Assembly (NCBI GenBank): GCA_976551045.1
Contig: CDPCPM010000056.1
Span: 10,168,001 to 10,232,000 of the forward strand
Source of the DNA: Glaucostegus cemiculus
Taxonomy: Eukaryota
DNA: 64,000 bases
Direction of reading: 5' to 3'
The position numbers and the translations under genes are program-made. Below the pieces are notes generated by a model that saw nothing but the letters and a program-made list of their open reading frames with translations, made no database searches and was not told where the DNA came from. This document shows, one piece after another, positions 49,851 through 63,307 of the stretch. Numbering within the stretch: position 1 is the stretch's first letter; each line of letters begins with the position of its first letter.

Positions 49851-50619
49851 AACTTATAACCTGGCACCATTTATAGGGTTCACTGTTTAAACTTTATTCT
49901 TAAAATGCATGAATAGAAAAGATGAGGTGAATTTGCCTACCCAACCAGCTTAGTCTGTGATTAAATGTTCCATCTGGTATGGCGTAATTCAGAACGACGC
50001 CAGCTCTGAATCCTGGGCCCTGTGTTAGTTCATTCATTTCAACATGGCTGCACTTAAAACAGACTCCAGCATCTGCAGGATCTCTTAAGGCTGTATTTAA
50101 ATTGGCTTTGGCATCCTTAGACCATGAGGGCATTAATTTCAAGTGGGGTTCATGTTTTTACATTCTTTACATGATATAGAAGTGGCTCTGGTATGTCCAT
50201 GCCAGAGTGTTGTGTCTAATTCCAAAGTGGTGTTGTAGCCCGTCTTGGATGACATCACAGGAAACAGAATTCCTACTTATTTGGGAAGTGGAATTGAAGC
50301 CAACCCTCATCTCAGGAATGTTCTTACTGAATGGCAGAGTAGGTTTGAGATGCTGTACAGCCTACTTGAGCTCTTATATCTCGTGTCAATTCTACAGTAC
50401 AATTAATTTAGAATTCTGTTCCTTGTGATGTGGTCCAAGACAAGCTGCAACACCACTTTGAAATCAGAGACAACACACTGGCATCAGACTCACAGTCACT
50501 TCCTGACCTAGAGAGAGCTGACTTACTTGCTTAGAGAGTTTGGCATATCCATTCCCTGCTGTTAGTCTACTTGAAACTAACAGGCTGATTTGGAACTTAA
50601 GAGTACAAATTTAAATGGT

Positions 50620-50722
50620 CTAAGACGTACGGGTAGGTTAATTTGGGGGTTTAAAATGGGCGGCGTGGACTCGTAGGGCTAAAAGGGCCTGTTACCACGC
50701 TGTAAATAAAATTTAAATTTAA
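50620..50722 (+). mobile_element. 5'-truncated V-SINE 3' part
   Basis: Near-identical to the reverse complement of 24495-24585. Confidence 0.8.
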
Positions 50723-50859
50723 GACTAAAGTTCTAATAGAGAACTTATAGAGCTTTGCATTATTGTATGGCACAAATCTTGTTATTTTCTCTTCTTGCTG
50801 TTAGTTTGCTGCAAAGCTATCCAGTTAATAACATGCAACTTAGAATAGGGATCCTGTGC

Positions 50860-51722
50860 AAAAAAAACCAGATTACTAGAGGAACTCAGGGGTCAGGCAG
50901 CATCTGTGGAGGGAACTGGACAGTTGATGCTTTGGGACAAGACCCTTCATCTGGACTGAAAGATAGATGGGAGAAAGCCAGTATAAAAAGGTGAGGGCAA
51001 GGCGTGGAGCAAGAACTGGCAAGATGATAGGTGGAGGCAACAAAGGGCTGAAGATGATGGAATCTGATAGGAAAGAGGTGGAGCATGGAACCAAGTAAGG
51101 GAGGTGGGGTGGACAGTTGGGAACAGTAGGGGGAGGGGATCCAGTGGGAGGAGTGTGCAGGTGATGGGCAGATGGAGTGTGTGGAGGGGGAAAAGAAATG
51201 GTGATGGGGACTTGGGGGGGTGTAGGGTGATGGGGTGAGTGTAGGAGGAACTGGTTAGATCAGGGGGAGAGGGAAAGGGAAGAAGGAAAAGGGACAGAGA
51301 GGGAGCAGTTCACCTGAAATTCAGTGTTCATGCCTTTGGGTTGTAGACTACTCAGGCCAAATATAAAGTGCCGCTCATCGAGTTTGCATTGAGCTTCACC
51401 ATAGCAGTAGAGGAGACGAGGATAGATTGGTCAGTGTTGAGAGAATGGGGAGTGGAATTAAAATGACTCGCAACCTTGAGCTGTAGAAGGCCATGGAGGA
51501 CAGAGCACAGGTGCTCAGCAAAGCGGTTGCCTAGTCTGCCCCAGAGGTGGTCACATTGTGACCATCAAATGCAATAAACAAGGTGGAAGGAGATGCATGT
51601 GGATCTCTGCCTCACCTGGAGGGACTGTTTAGGGCCCAGGATGATGGTGAGGGAGGTGGTGTAGGGGCAGGTGTTACACCTCCTATGGTTGCAGGGGAAG
51701 GTGCCTGGGGAGGAGGAGGGAA
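50860..51722 (-). mobile_element. Penelope-like element 3' portion (GIY-YIG region plus pLTR)
   Basis: GTFPCNHRRCNTCPY...GPKQSLQVRQRSTC...LVYCI (PLE Cys-rich/GIY-YIG segment); pLTR with decayed hammerhead at 50921-50958. Confidence 0.8.
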
Positions 51723-52349
51723 TAGGGATTTTTTTATTGCTATGACAGAAGTTGTGGGTTAAGAATGGTCTCTGGAGCATGAATGTAATTTAGGGTGTTG
51801 GTGAAACCATCTGTAATGTATTTGTTTCTCGTGTAGTACATTGATGTATCATAAACAAATTTATGACCTAAGCATGGTAATTTATTCTAATGGTGTTGGA
51901 AAAATTGTCCATGCATTGTTAATGCACAAATATTTGGAACTTTTTTGTTGGGATAGTAACCTTGTCTTAGCAATACATTTTTGAGATGAGTAGTATTCAG
52001 ATTTTGATAAGCAAAAAACTGAGGGGCTAGAAATCTAGGTAAACAACACATAATGCCAGAAATACTCAGCAGACCGGGCAGAATCTGTAGCGAAAGAAAG
52101 GTTATTGACGTGAAACAATAACTATGTTTCTCTCTTCACAGCTGCTGAGTATTTTTTTGCAATTGAGTTTTGGTTTGATTCTTTTAAAGATCATGTAAAA
52201 TGGAAAATTCTTGATTTTATAAAACAGTTTGGAATTAATTTTTAACCATACAGATTAAACTTGTATTTATGTTATGCTTTTCCATACCTTGCAGTGTCCT
52301 AATACAGCAAGTAATTGGGAAAGAGGGAGCTGCAGTAAGACACCCAGGC

Positions 52350-53365
52350 CTCATTATACCTCTCCTTTTCCTAATCTATTGCCATTCAGTTAATAATCTG
52401 TCTTCCTGTAATTGCCCCTAAAGTGGATAACTTCACATTTATCCACATTATACTGCATCTCTCATGTATTTTCCCACATCCTCAACCCATCCAAATCATA
52501 CTGGTGCTTTTCTGCACCCTCCTCATAGCACACACTTCCACTCAGCTTTGTGTTATTTGCAAGCTTGGAGATATTACATTTAATTCCCTCAACTAAAACA
52601 TTTATATATGTTTTGAATAGCTAGGGACCCATCACTGATCCCACTCATCACTGCCTGCCACTTGGTAAAATACATGGTTATTCCTGTTGTTTATTTCCTG
52701 TGAGCCAGGCAGTTCTCTATCCATGACAGTACATTATCCCCAATCCCATGCACTTTAATTTTCACTTTCATCTCTTATGTGGGGCCTTTTCAAAATGCTT
52801 CTGGAAGTCCAAACATACCACATCCACTAGTTCTCCATCTATTCTGCTAGTTATTCCAGTAGATTTTTCAAACGTAATTGCCCTTTCACAAATCCACGTG
52901 GACATTGTCTGATCCTGTCACTGTATTCCAAGTGCATTGCTATTACATCTGTTGTAATGGACTCTAGCATTTTCCCCACCATGGTTGTCAAACTAACTGG
53001 TCTATAATTCCCTGTTTTCTCTCTACCATTTTTTCTGAATAGTGTGGTTACAGCAGCAGCTCGCCACAAATACACTGGTACTTCCATACGTACTCTGGGC
53101 TAAACTATCAGGCCCTGGGAATTTATCAGTCTTTAATCCCTTCAATTTCCCTAACAGCATTTTGCTTCTAATAATGATTTAATTTAATGAATCCCCCTCA
53201 CTACACCTGTGTTCCCCAAAATTTCCAAGAGATTATATGTGTGTTCTTTCTGCAGACTGAATCAAAATATCCATTTAACTGGTCTGCCATTTCTTTGTTT
53301 CCCCATTATAATTTATGGTTCTGACTGTAAGGGCCTACACTTTTCTCATTAATCTTTTTTTCTCA
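52350..53365 (-). mobile_element. CR1 RT fragment
   Basis: GREKTGNYRPVSLTTMVGKMLES. Confidence 0.8.
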
Positions 53366-53379
53366 GAAATTAACTTCCT

Positions 53380-53950
53380 GGTAGTGATGTTACCATGTGC
53401 CTGCTGCTCTCAACTTTCTTTGTGATAGAAGACACCGGTTTGGGAAGTGCTGTTAGAGTAACCTACAAAGTCCACTTTATAGATAATACACACAGCAGCT
53501 ACGATGTTAGGAAGGAATGTTTAGATGGAGTACCAGTCAAGTGGGTTGCTTTGTCCTGGTTGGTGTTGAGCCTCGAGAGTTGTTGGAGCTGCATTCTTCT
53601 AGGCAAGTGGAGAGCTCTTGACTTGTGCTTTGTAAATGGTGGAAAGGTTTTGGGTGAGAAGAAGTGAGTCACTTGCAGGATACCGTGCCTCTGATGTGCA
53701 TGTGTAACATGTGTTGATGACAGTGATGTCCTGGGACTGGAATGACTTGCCTCCAATAACCACAACTATATTATTGCAAGTTATTACTCCAACCGAAATG
53801 GCCACTGGTGAGCAGGTTATTTTGGTTAAAGGCTGCCTGATACATTGTGAAGGACACCTTCCATTAGTTTGCTAATGATTGGGCAGCGATTTTCAGATTG
53901 GGTATGCCCTGCATTTTGTGAGGGCCAAGAACCGATCCCTTTGGTGTCCC
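53380..53950 (-). mobile_element. Old CR1/L2-group LINE fragment
   Basis: LSTIYKAQV..SPLA and NQDKATHLTGTPS remnants; related pieces at about 31310-31600 and 59100-59340. Confidence 0.55.
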
Positions 53951-53994
53951 ACTAATGGTCAATCTGGAAACAATTTGTTTATTCCAACTAAAAG

Positions 53995-54430
53995 CCAAAA
54001 ATAAATGGAGATGCTGGAAGGCTGAAACAAAAAGAGAAAATGCTGGAAAAATTCAGCAGAGTTTACAGTAAAATTTCTGTCTGTATCAGGCATGGCCATT
54101 TCTGCCCATTCTTCCCTTTTTTCTTTCATTTGTATATTCTGGCCTGCTGGTAATGTCCCTGTAGACCAAACTATAAAATATTAACTGAACTTTACAACAT
54201 TAGCAACACATTACACAGACAACATTATTTCATTGTTAACTGCCTACATTATTTCACCCTATCAGAAATTTCCTTTGTCACATCCATTGCCCTCCCCCAC
54301 CCTCTTTGCTACGTAGACTAACTTCCCTCTTTCTCAGTTTTGATGAAGGATCTTCAGCCTGAAATATTAACTGATGCTCTTCCCACAGATGCTGCATGAC
54401 CTGAGCTTTTAATAGCATTTTCTGTATCTG
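53995..54430. mobile_element. Non-autonomous Penelope derivative with inverted pLTR ends
   Basis: Left end gatgctggaaggctgaaacaaaaagagaaaatgctgg (-), right end hammerhead motif plus cacagatgctgcatgacctgagc...agcattttctg (+). Confidence 0.6.
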
Positions 54431-55479
54431 TTTATTCCAACTCATTGGCCTGGATTTTGCTGAGCCATTAGAATGCACAATTCTCTCAGACTTATTGCAC
54501 GCATATCCCTAAAAAAAACTGCATGCTGAGAATATTCTGGACCCAGTAAACAAGGTGCAGAATTCTCTGCCACACTAGAAATGCCTGCTGTGTATTGCTC
54601 GCAAACCTTTTCATTTTAGCATTCAACATTTACTTTCTTGGATCTTAACTCACTAATATTGTGGCTGCCACCCATCAATGCTCTAATACTGTTTTTCCAG
54701 TAAAGATGCAAAGTTCATGTATATTATATTAAATAGTTAATATTTCTCATTGTTTTGCCTTGATTCCGCATCCATCAAATTGCTCAGTAGCTTGGATTTC
54801 AAAGGTCTCCAGATAAGGTAATCGAGGATCCAGTTGCAGAGGGAGGTACAGAGGCCCAGGTTTCTAGATTTATGAGTGGTGTCAGGACTGGAGAGAAACA
54901 AACTCTGTGACTGTTTCACATATCTCTACGCTGAGCTGATCTGCCCATCTTGTGGTGTCCTGAACGTGAGACTGTTTTCCTTAGAATTTGGTGTAGGCCC
55001 CATGTAAACTTTAATATTCTTCCTGTTAAGATTATGTAAAAATTACTTGAAGAAGCAGAAGACAAGTTGCCCAGAGGTTGATGAATGGGACCATCATCAC
55101 CAATCCATAAAACATTAATTCGACTACCTGTTCTTTGGCGTTTAGTCATCCATGTCTTTAATGACTCCGACACATGACCTACTTTGTGAGTATTTTTTTT
55201 CAGTTAACTTTTCAAACCAATTATTATTTTAATATTCTTTTATTATTTTAGTTCTCTTTTAATTAAAGAACACACAGACCAGAGGAAGTGTCCTTGTTTT
55301 ATAATCAAATAATTATTTATTTTTCATTATATTTTAATATTTCAAGTATGTTAGTGAAAGTTCCAGACTTTAGTTTGCTGGAAGAATTCCAGTGAATTTA
55401 TTTCTGCAGGTTTTAAGGTTTGCCTTGTTTCATACACATGTTGCTCCATTGAATACTGAGGGATATCACTAGTTCAGCA

Positions 55480-55970
55480 TAAGAACATAATATAGAAGTA
55501 AGAGTAAGCCTTTTGGGCTCTTGTATCTGTTCCACCATTCAATAAGATCCTAACTAATCATTTATGTCACTGTCACTTTCCTGCACCATTGTTATATTCA
55601 AAAATCTATGGATCTCTGTATTGAATATACATAACAGTCAAGTCCCCACAGTCCCCTTGGGTAGAGAATTCCAAAGATTCACTTCCCATGTCAGTTGTGA
55701 ATGTCCAATCCTTATTTTGAGACTGTGACCCTTTCTCCCACGTACTGTAATTTTGCTTAATAACCTAATGTGTGCGACCTTTTCGAAGACCTTATGAAAC
55801 TCCAAATGCACTTCATCTACTGGTTCTCATTATCTGTTCTGAATTTTGAAAAACTCTGACAGGTTTGTCCAACGTGATTTTGCTTTCATTGATCCATGTT
55901 ACTTATTTTTCAAGTTCTCTGCTACCAGTTCCTTAATAACAGGTTCTACCATATTATCTAATATTGATGT
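55480..55970 (-). mobile_element. Degraded, internally deleted CR1 3' part
   Basis: cataagaacataa tail; gtagagaattccaaagattc (LWNSL); cgaccttttcgaagacc (FEKV). Confidence 0.6.
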
Positions 55971-58370
55971 CAGTTTTTTGTACAGATCTGCCATGCAGCC
56001 TTTAAAGCAAAATAATTTTTACTTTCTTGTGTAACAATTCAGGATAATGCAGGCTGTTGAGTAATATCTATGGGCCTAGCTTGTGTAATATTTTGCTATG
56101 CTTGCTAATTTTACTGAAAACTGACAAATGTAAAGCAGGTAATGCAGCTTTGTTTTCTCTCTTTTTAACCCAGATCAGAGAAAAACATCACTTTATGGAG
56201 GAAACAGCTTAGGAGGTTGTTATGAACGCACAGTAATTGATAAAAGAAATATTCTGTCACTCATGGCCATCAATTTCTGACTGCAGCCGGCTCTATTCAA
56301 TGTTTGCCTTTGTGCTCTTATTTCCCTTTTCCTGATCTATTTCCTCAACTTCTGCTAAATGTGCAGAACTGTAACTTGTTCCCAAACTTGTGCCTGTGTT
56401 TCCCAGTTATAACCAGACAGTAGGAGCTGGAATGCAATCAAAATTATAACCTCTCTCTTGATTTAATTTACACAGGATAAATTCATTGCTGTCTTCTTAA
56501 GAACAAATACATCAACAATTCCCCATATATAAATCATAGATAAAAGACCTTGTGGTGGCATTTTAACTGTAGATGTCTTTGTTGAAAGTGTCTCCATAAT
56601 CATGCACCTTACTATTAACACCAGAGTACATGACTTTGCAGTTCTCAGTCACAATATATAATTTATAATGTTGCACAAACCCCTTGTTTCAGCATCATAT
56701 TAAGGGTATTTCAGGTACCCAGGTTACTATTTAATTCATATATCAGTGCAACCCTCTTCTCATACCCAATGCCAGGAACTGAAAGTGGTATTAGAAATGC
56801 ACTTTTTAATAATCTTAGACTTAGTTCTAAGTTTTGCAAAAAAACACATTGAAACTAACTGAGTATATTGTGACATGATATTTCCACATTCTCTGAATTT
56901 CTGTGGTCACAGCTGGTGAAGTAATGATTCTGGTACTCAATTTCCAAATTGATCATGTGTGTACTTCCCTAGTGCTTTGGTGACAGTAACCCACAGAGTA
57001 TCTGAATTGTCCAAACTAGAAAACACAACTCCTTCCTTTGGTTCTGCAATAATAAACTAAATGAGAGAAAACTACTTAAAGGGATAGCTACATATTGGGA
57101 ATGTCAGCTATTAGAAATTCTGTAATGATAGCCTTCCAGCTGAAAAGCCCACACTCTCTAACCAACTTGTTGAATTATAGGCAGGGTAACAGATTCATAA
57201 TCCAGTAAAGAATTATTGTTTCAGTAACAAAGGATGGCATAAAAAGTGTAAAACATTTTGTTTTAACCAGTAGATCCTGGGAGTGGCCTGTCACTGAGTG
57301 GAATATTCCTTCTGCAAATGGTTCATTGCTCTGTAGTAAAATGTTTGGAGATGATTTTTAGGTTTTTTTTCTCTAATTTATTTAAGTCAAAGTAGTGACT
57401 CATGCAGGGTATGGTTTGAATTTGAGATCTTTCTGATCTTTTTTTCCGAATGACTCTCAAGAGAGTTTAGGGTTTTGGTACTGAACCTTGGAAAAAGTTG
57501 CTTTTCATGTGTTTAGCAGATCTCCATTTTCTATCCTTCCTATCCAAGTCTTTGTCACAATTTCTTTACAAAGGCACTGGGGTCTGGAATTACTCTCCAG
57601 AATGAGTCAGATTATGTTTATTTTATATATCTATAATGAATGTTTTGAACTTGGGAATGTTTGTCTGGGTCTTAATTTTTTTTATATAACAATCATTCTC
57701 CTTAGGCTGTTCTTTTGGGTTTGAGGATGCCTTGTTTCCCCTCTGGTTTTATGGGTTCTGATGTGGCTTATGGGGCCAATTGGGAATGACAGACTCTTCC
57801 ACGGAGCAGGAGATACCTGACGGGGCAATTGGGTGGGTGGCACTTACGTGGAGTGTCTGCATGTTCCTGATTTATGGACACAAGGTTCTCAATACTACAC
57901 CAAATATTTCTTCTACACTTTAAACTTTAAGATTCCCACAGATAATTGGGGACAATGCATTTCTTTAAGGAGGGTTTGAATACATTCTTGAATTTATTTC
58001 TTCTGTCTGCCTGATAATCTCTTCCTGTGACAGAGCTCAGAATAGAGTGTCTGTTTCAGGACTCATCCTATTGCAGTTGCTTATTAAAGCCTTTATTGAT
58101 ATTAGTGTATCTAAGCACTGTGCAGTAGATTTATGAGAAGCCCTTTGATCAATCTCTCCCAGTATATACTCACATTCTTATTGGAAGTTGTCACCATTTT
58201 GCTTTGATGCAAATTTGGTTTTGATAACTATGCCATAAAATAATTAAGAAATTTATTAGATATTAACTGGTTAGCATTTCACTTTTTTTGTGACAAATTC
58301 CCACATTTCTTAGTTGTTTAGGATGCTGTGTGATTTGGAGGGGAAAATGCACTGATGTTCCATTGTTACA

Positions 58371-58968
58371 GTTAACATCTCAGAGGATCTATTGTGGGCC
58401 CAACACATTGATGCAATCATGAAGAAGGAATGCCAGTGGCTGTACTTCATTAGGAGTTTGAGGTGATTTGGTATGTCACTAAAGATTTTTGCAAATTTTT
58501 ACAGATGTACAGTAGAGAGCATTCTGACTGGTTGCTACACCACCTGGTATGGAGGCTGTAATATGCAGGATCGAAAGAAGCTGCAGAGGGTTGTAGACTC
58601 AGCCAGCTCCACCACCAGCACAACCCTCCCCACCATCGAGGACATCTTCAAGAGGCGGTGCCTCAAGAAGTTGGCATTCATCATTAAGGACCCTCACCAT
58701 CAGACACCTCCTCCCTGATGGTTACTATCTTCAGGGAGGAGGTACAGGAGCCTGAAGACCCACACTCAATGATTCAGGAACAGCTTGTTCCCCTCTGCCA
58801 TCAGATTTCTGAATGGTCCATGAACACTACCTCGTTATCCCTCTTTTGCACTATGGATTATTTTTATAACTTATAGTAATTTTTATGTCTTGCACTGTAC
58901 CACTGCCACAAAACAACAAATTTCATGACATACTTCTGTGATAATAAATCTGATTCTGATTCAGATTC
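58371..58968 (+). mobile_element. Rex1/Babar-type 3' portion
   Basis: NFYRCTVESILTGCYTTWYGGC, IIKDPHH; tail aataaatctgattctgattc. Confidence 0.85.
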
Positions 58969-59525
58969 ATAGAGCATTTCACAGCACAGGAAATAGGCCC
59001 TTTGGCCCAACTCGTACATGCTGACCAAGCTGCCCATCTAAGCTAGTCCCATTTGCCCACGTTTGGCCCATTTCCCGCTAAACCTTGTTCTCATGGTCCT
59101 TTGCATTTGACCTTGTAGGTGGTACAGGTTACAGGTTTTAGAGGTGCTGTCAAAGGCAAAGTTGCTGCAGGACATTTTGTAACTGTTCACATTGTAGCTA
59201 TAGTGCACCACTGACAGAGGGAGTAACCGTATGGGTGGTGCTACTCATCAGACAGGCAAGCTACTTCATCCTGGATGGTGCCAAGCATTTTGACTGCTGT
59301 TGGAGCTGCACTCCCCTAGGTAAGTAGAAATATGTATCTAACATGTGGGGGGGGGGAGGGGGGTAGTCTAAAGATGAGGAATTCACCCAGCCTTTGATCT
59401 TTTGGTAACTGCTACAGTATTTTTGTGATAGTTCTGTTTTAAATTTCTGGTCAGTAATGAACTCCTCCCACCACCCCTTCCAACACATCAAAACACTGCT
59501 GATGTAATGATGTAACAAAAATATA

Positions 59526-59935
59526 ATGTTGGATCCTTCTCACCCCTCCCATCATCTCTTCACACTCTTGCCGTCTGGAAGAAGGATCAAATGCATCAAG
59601 GCGAGAACAACCAAGCTGTGTAATAGCTTCTTCTCGCAAGCCATTAGATCTGTGAACTCTCTCATCCCTCCATCTCTCCTGCCAACACTAAAGGATGCTG
59701 GGCGTTCAGAAACGCACCAGCACTTTAAATGTCCGCTGCCAGTTCGCTCATTTTAAGACTATTTATTTAAGTTGCATAATTTAATTTAATTTTTGTGGTT
59801 CTAATGTTTCTCAGTGTCTTTCTGTCTGTCTCTTCTGTTTAATATTTAATGTGACGTGCATCTGTGGAGTACGGCATCTCGCTCCTATGCATACTGTGTG
59901 TGCATATGGTTGTGACAATAAAACTGATTCTGATT
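59526..59935 (+). mobile_element. Rex1/Babar 3' fragment
   Basis: DPSHPSHHLFTLLPSGRRIKCIKARTTKLCNSFF; tail gacaataaaactgattctgatt. Confidence 0.85.
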
Positions 59936-61549
59936 CACTCGGTGTTCATTACAGGGCTGATACTTACTAATTACCTGTGTTAGATAATTGTCCAGGTCTG
60001 GCTGCAGGGAGGTATTGGCTGCTTCATTTTATGAGTGGCTGGGAACAGAACTAAATGTTACATGATCATCAGCAAACAGCCCTACTTCTGAAGCAGAAAA
60101 TCTTGGAAGTACTTGGCAGATGAGGCAGTATGTGTGGAGAGGAGAGTTAATGTTTAGGTTGATGATCTTTCATGAACGCTGGGGAAAGTTCCATCTAATC
60201 ATGTTCCCTCACTTTCACTTGTAAAATATGCTGCCTGATCACCACACCTGAGGCCATGCTTGGGGGGAGGGGGGTGGTCAGTGGCAGACTTCAGGGGCCG
60301 GTAGATGAGGGTTAGGGGGTGGTGAATGGGGAGGGGTGTGGAGGGTGATTGATCAGGACTCACCTGTACTTCTTACACGACAGAAGGGTTAGGACTTAAC
60401 AGCAGTGCTGTTAGCTGGGTTGGAGAAAGGAGCAGTGATGTTGCGAGGAAGCAGGACAATGACTGTGTTGTGCAGCATGGGGGGGAGAATGGAGGAGAAG
60501 AGAGATCAGGATGTAGTAGCAATGTTGTGAGGGGAAGAGCACATATGGGAGAGTGGGTTGCAGGCCAGGGCAAGGACATTGCAAGGTCAAGTGCATCCCA
60601 CAGATTGGATTGATTGATGGGGGGAGGTGGTGGGAATTTTATTGCAAGGGATTTAAGTGAGTGCTTTACTTCCCAGGTCAGTAGTGCAATCCCAGGAATA
60701 CCCAGCAGTGGTTGCCCACTGGACAATGCCTTCCACTGCCAAGGGAATCATCTTCGGTCACAAGGATGACACGTGACAGTGAATTTTCTGAGTGGCACAA
60801 AACAACCAAGCTATGGTCGTTAGCATGTTTAATTCTGGAAAGTCTTGTTTGCAGTAGCGTAAGGCTGAAAAAGACAGGATTATGTTATTGAATTTTCATG
60901 CTCGGATGGATGAATATTGATCACATAAAGAAAATCCTCTGCAATTTCCCTCTGTCTCCAGTTGAAGATTTATATGACCCAGTGTTAGGATCAGGAATCA
61001 ACAGATCATTATTATCTTTCTAATTGGCAAGTCCCTGTTTGCAGTTTGTTGGTACAGAATTACAGTATATTAGCAATGGTTCTGCAGTGTGAACCAATTA
61101 GTTGATTTGTTTTGCGTTAGTTGAGTATGTCTGTTGTAAATTTCACAAGAGATTTCAAATTGCATGCTGTGAAATATGATTGAAAACCTAGTACCATATT
61201 AATATTTAAAACATCAGCATTATGTGAGGACAACCAATAATTTTATTTTCAGAAGTAATTTTATCAGTAAGTACTTCTAATTTACATTCTGTGTTGCCTC
61301 TATGGTACTGGTGGCTACTGATATTTAGAAACTTGCATCCATCAATTGCATTTCTCTTCTACATCACCTCTTTGACTGACCATCCCTCCATGTTATTGTT
61401 TTGCTATAGTCTCAAAAAAAAATTGCTATTTATTTTAACCCTTCTGTGTACAAAATCCTAGAAACTTGTGGGACAGAAGGAGGCCATTCAGCCCATGTGT
61501 CCATGCCAGCCAAAGATGAGCTTCAGGTTAATCCCGTTGCCAAAAGTTC

Positions 61550-61945
61550 CAATTTATTTGGTATTGGTTTATTATTGTCACTTATACCGAGGTACAGTGA
61601 AAAACTTGTCTTGCATACCGATCGTACAGATCAATTCATTACACAGTGTGGTTACATTGAGTTAGTACAGAGTGCATTGAGGTAGTACAGGTAAAAACAA
61701 TAACAGTACAGATTAAAGTGTCACAGCTCCAGAGAAAGTGCAGTGCAATAAGATGCAAGGTCACAACAAGGTAGATCATGAGGTCATAGTCCATTTCATT
61801 GTATAGGGAACTGTTACTACAGTGGGGTAGAAGCTGTCCTTGAGTCTGGTGGTATGTGCCCGCAGGCTGCTGTATCTTCTACCCGATGGAAGGGGAGAGA
61901 AGAGAAAATGACCCGGGTGGGTAGAGTCTTTGATTATGCTGGCTT
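61550..61945 (-). mobile_element. Rex1/Babar-type 3' fragment
   Basis: KASIIKDSTHPGHFLFSPLPSGRRYSSLRAHTTRLKDSFYP; 3'UTR like 21850-22050. Confidence 0.85.
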
Positions 61946-63264
61946 TATTTACTTGAAATTGCATTCCCCAGCTGCCATGGTAAAATTCATGCTCATGTCT
62001 GTGGGTCAATGATCCAAGCCACTGGATACTGCTTCAATTAGTTAGACTGTTCCACCTTACCCCGATTCATTACAGGAGTGCACTTGATGTCAACCTTGAT
62101 GTTGTGCTTGTGTCTCTGTTGTGGGTTCTTGAGGCCGGACCTTTTTTTTAAGTCAGTGAACTGGTGCCATACAAACCAGCACAGTCTGTTCAATGTCAGC
62201 AACTAAGCCAGCCTCCTCACCTGAGATAGCCTGGGTGACGATTGTGTATGGATACTCAGTAGAATCTAAAGCCAAGACTTGTGTCAAAGGACTTGTGTCA
62301 ATGCTTCCTGTGAGCCAGTGGTTATCCATAGCTCAAAAAGAGATGGGTCCCACCAGGTCACAATGTCCAAAGAATTACATATGGTAACAGAGCAACTCAA
62401 CTAATCTCTCACCAGATTGGGTGATGTTGAAGCAAGGGTGCTGTAGCATTAAAAGTAATTCAACAGTGAAAACTGAAATGAGTTAATTGAAATGAAATGA
62501 CTGGACCCAAAACATCCTAACTCTGAAGCAAGAGTGTTAATGCTTTGAGGAAACCCGCATTGGGATAACAGGTTCAAAACATCTATGGGTGGGGAGTATT
62601 TGTTTGATTACATGGCATGTGATTGATTGAATTGTATGAATAGTGACTGAAAGTGAATAGAAGATGTGTTTGTCATGTTTCAGCAAGTTAGTTAGAGTGA
62701 TATTTGAGTGGAAAATAAAGAAAATATTATTGGACATCATTATCAATGCAAGATTCTGTTCCGGAATTTACTGCGTGTAAGGGTGATGGAAAGAGAGTCA
62801 GTCAGGGCTTTCAAATGGGAATTGGACAGGGGACATAATTTATAAGTCTATGGGGAATGTGAGAAGATTTCATTACAAGGAGTTCGGATTTGATGAGTTG
62901 AATAGACTCTTGTTCCTAAAATTTGTGGATTAGATTATACATGTGACAAATAAAGATCTTCTCTTAAATATTTACTTGTATCATTAAGTTATTTTTTGAA
63001 GATCTACAGTTTTCTTCTTCACAGCCAACCCCTGTGGGCAGAGGGTGACTTGCATCCACTCCAATTCTGGAGATGCCTACATGTGAATTCTTCCACTGTG
63101 GGTGATCGCTGTACCACATGGACTTGATAGAATGTGGTCTTGGATGAATGAGAAGGAGAATCAAGATGATTGCTGACCAGACTCTGTTGTACAGACTTAG
63201 CACATACAAGTCTGTAGGGACACACACGCATACACTCTTAAGGTATACAGATGAAATCTGATCT

Positions 63265-63274
63265 CATGCGTGCA

Positions 63275-63306
<32 letters not shown>
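63265..63306. repeat. Alternating purine-pyrimidine tract ending in (CA)14
   Basis: catgcgtgcacgcg followed by (ca)n. Confidence 0.95.

Positions 63307-63307
<1 letters not shown>

Noticed and set aside
57720-58070. Possible RTE-type LINE 3' remnant
   Set aside because: Only faint resemblance and no translatable motif.
60240-60780. Possible - strand exon with donor CAG|gtgagt near 60365 and a 117-aa ORF
   Set aside because: Low-complexity purine-rich sequence with only vague LINE endonuclease-like remnants; no partner exons or recognisable protein.
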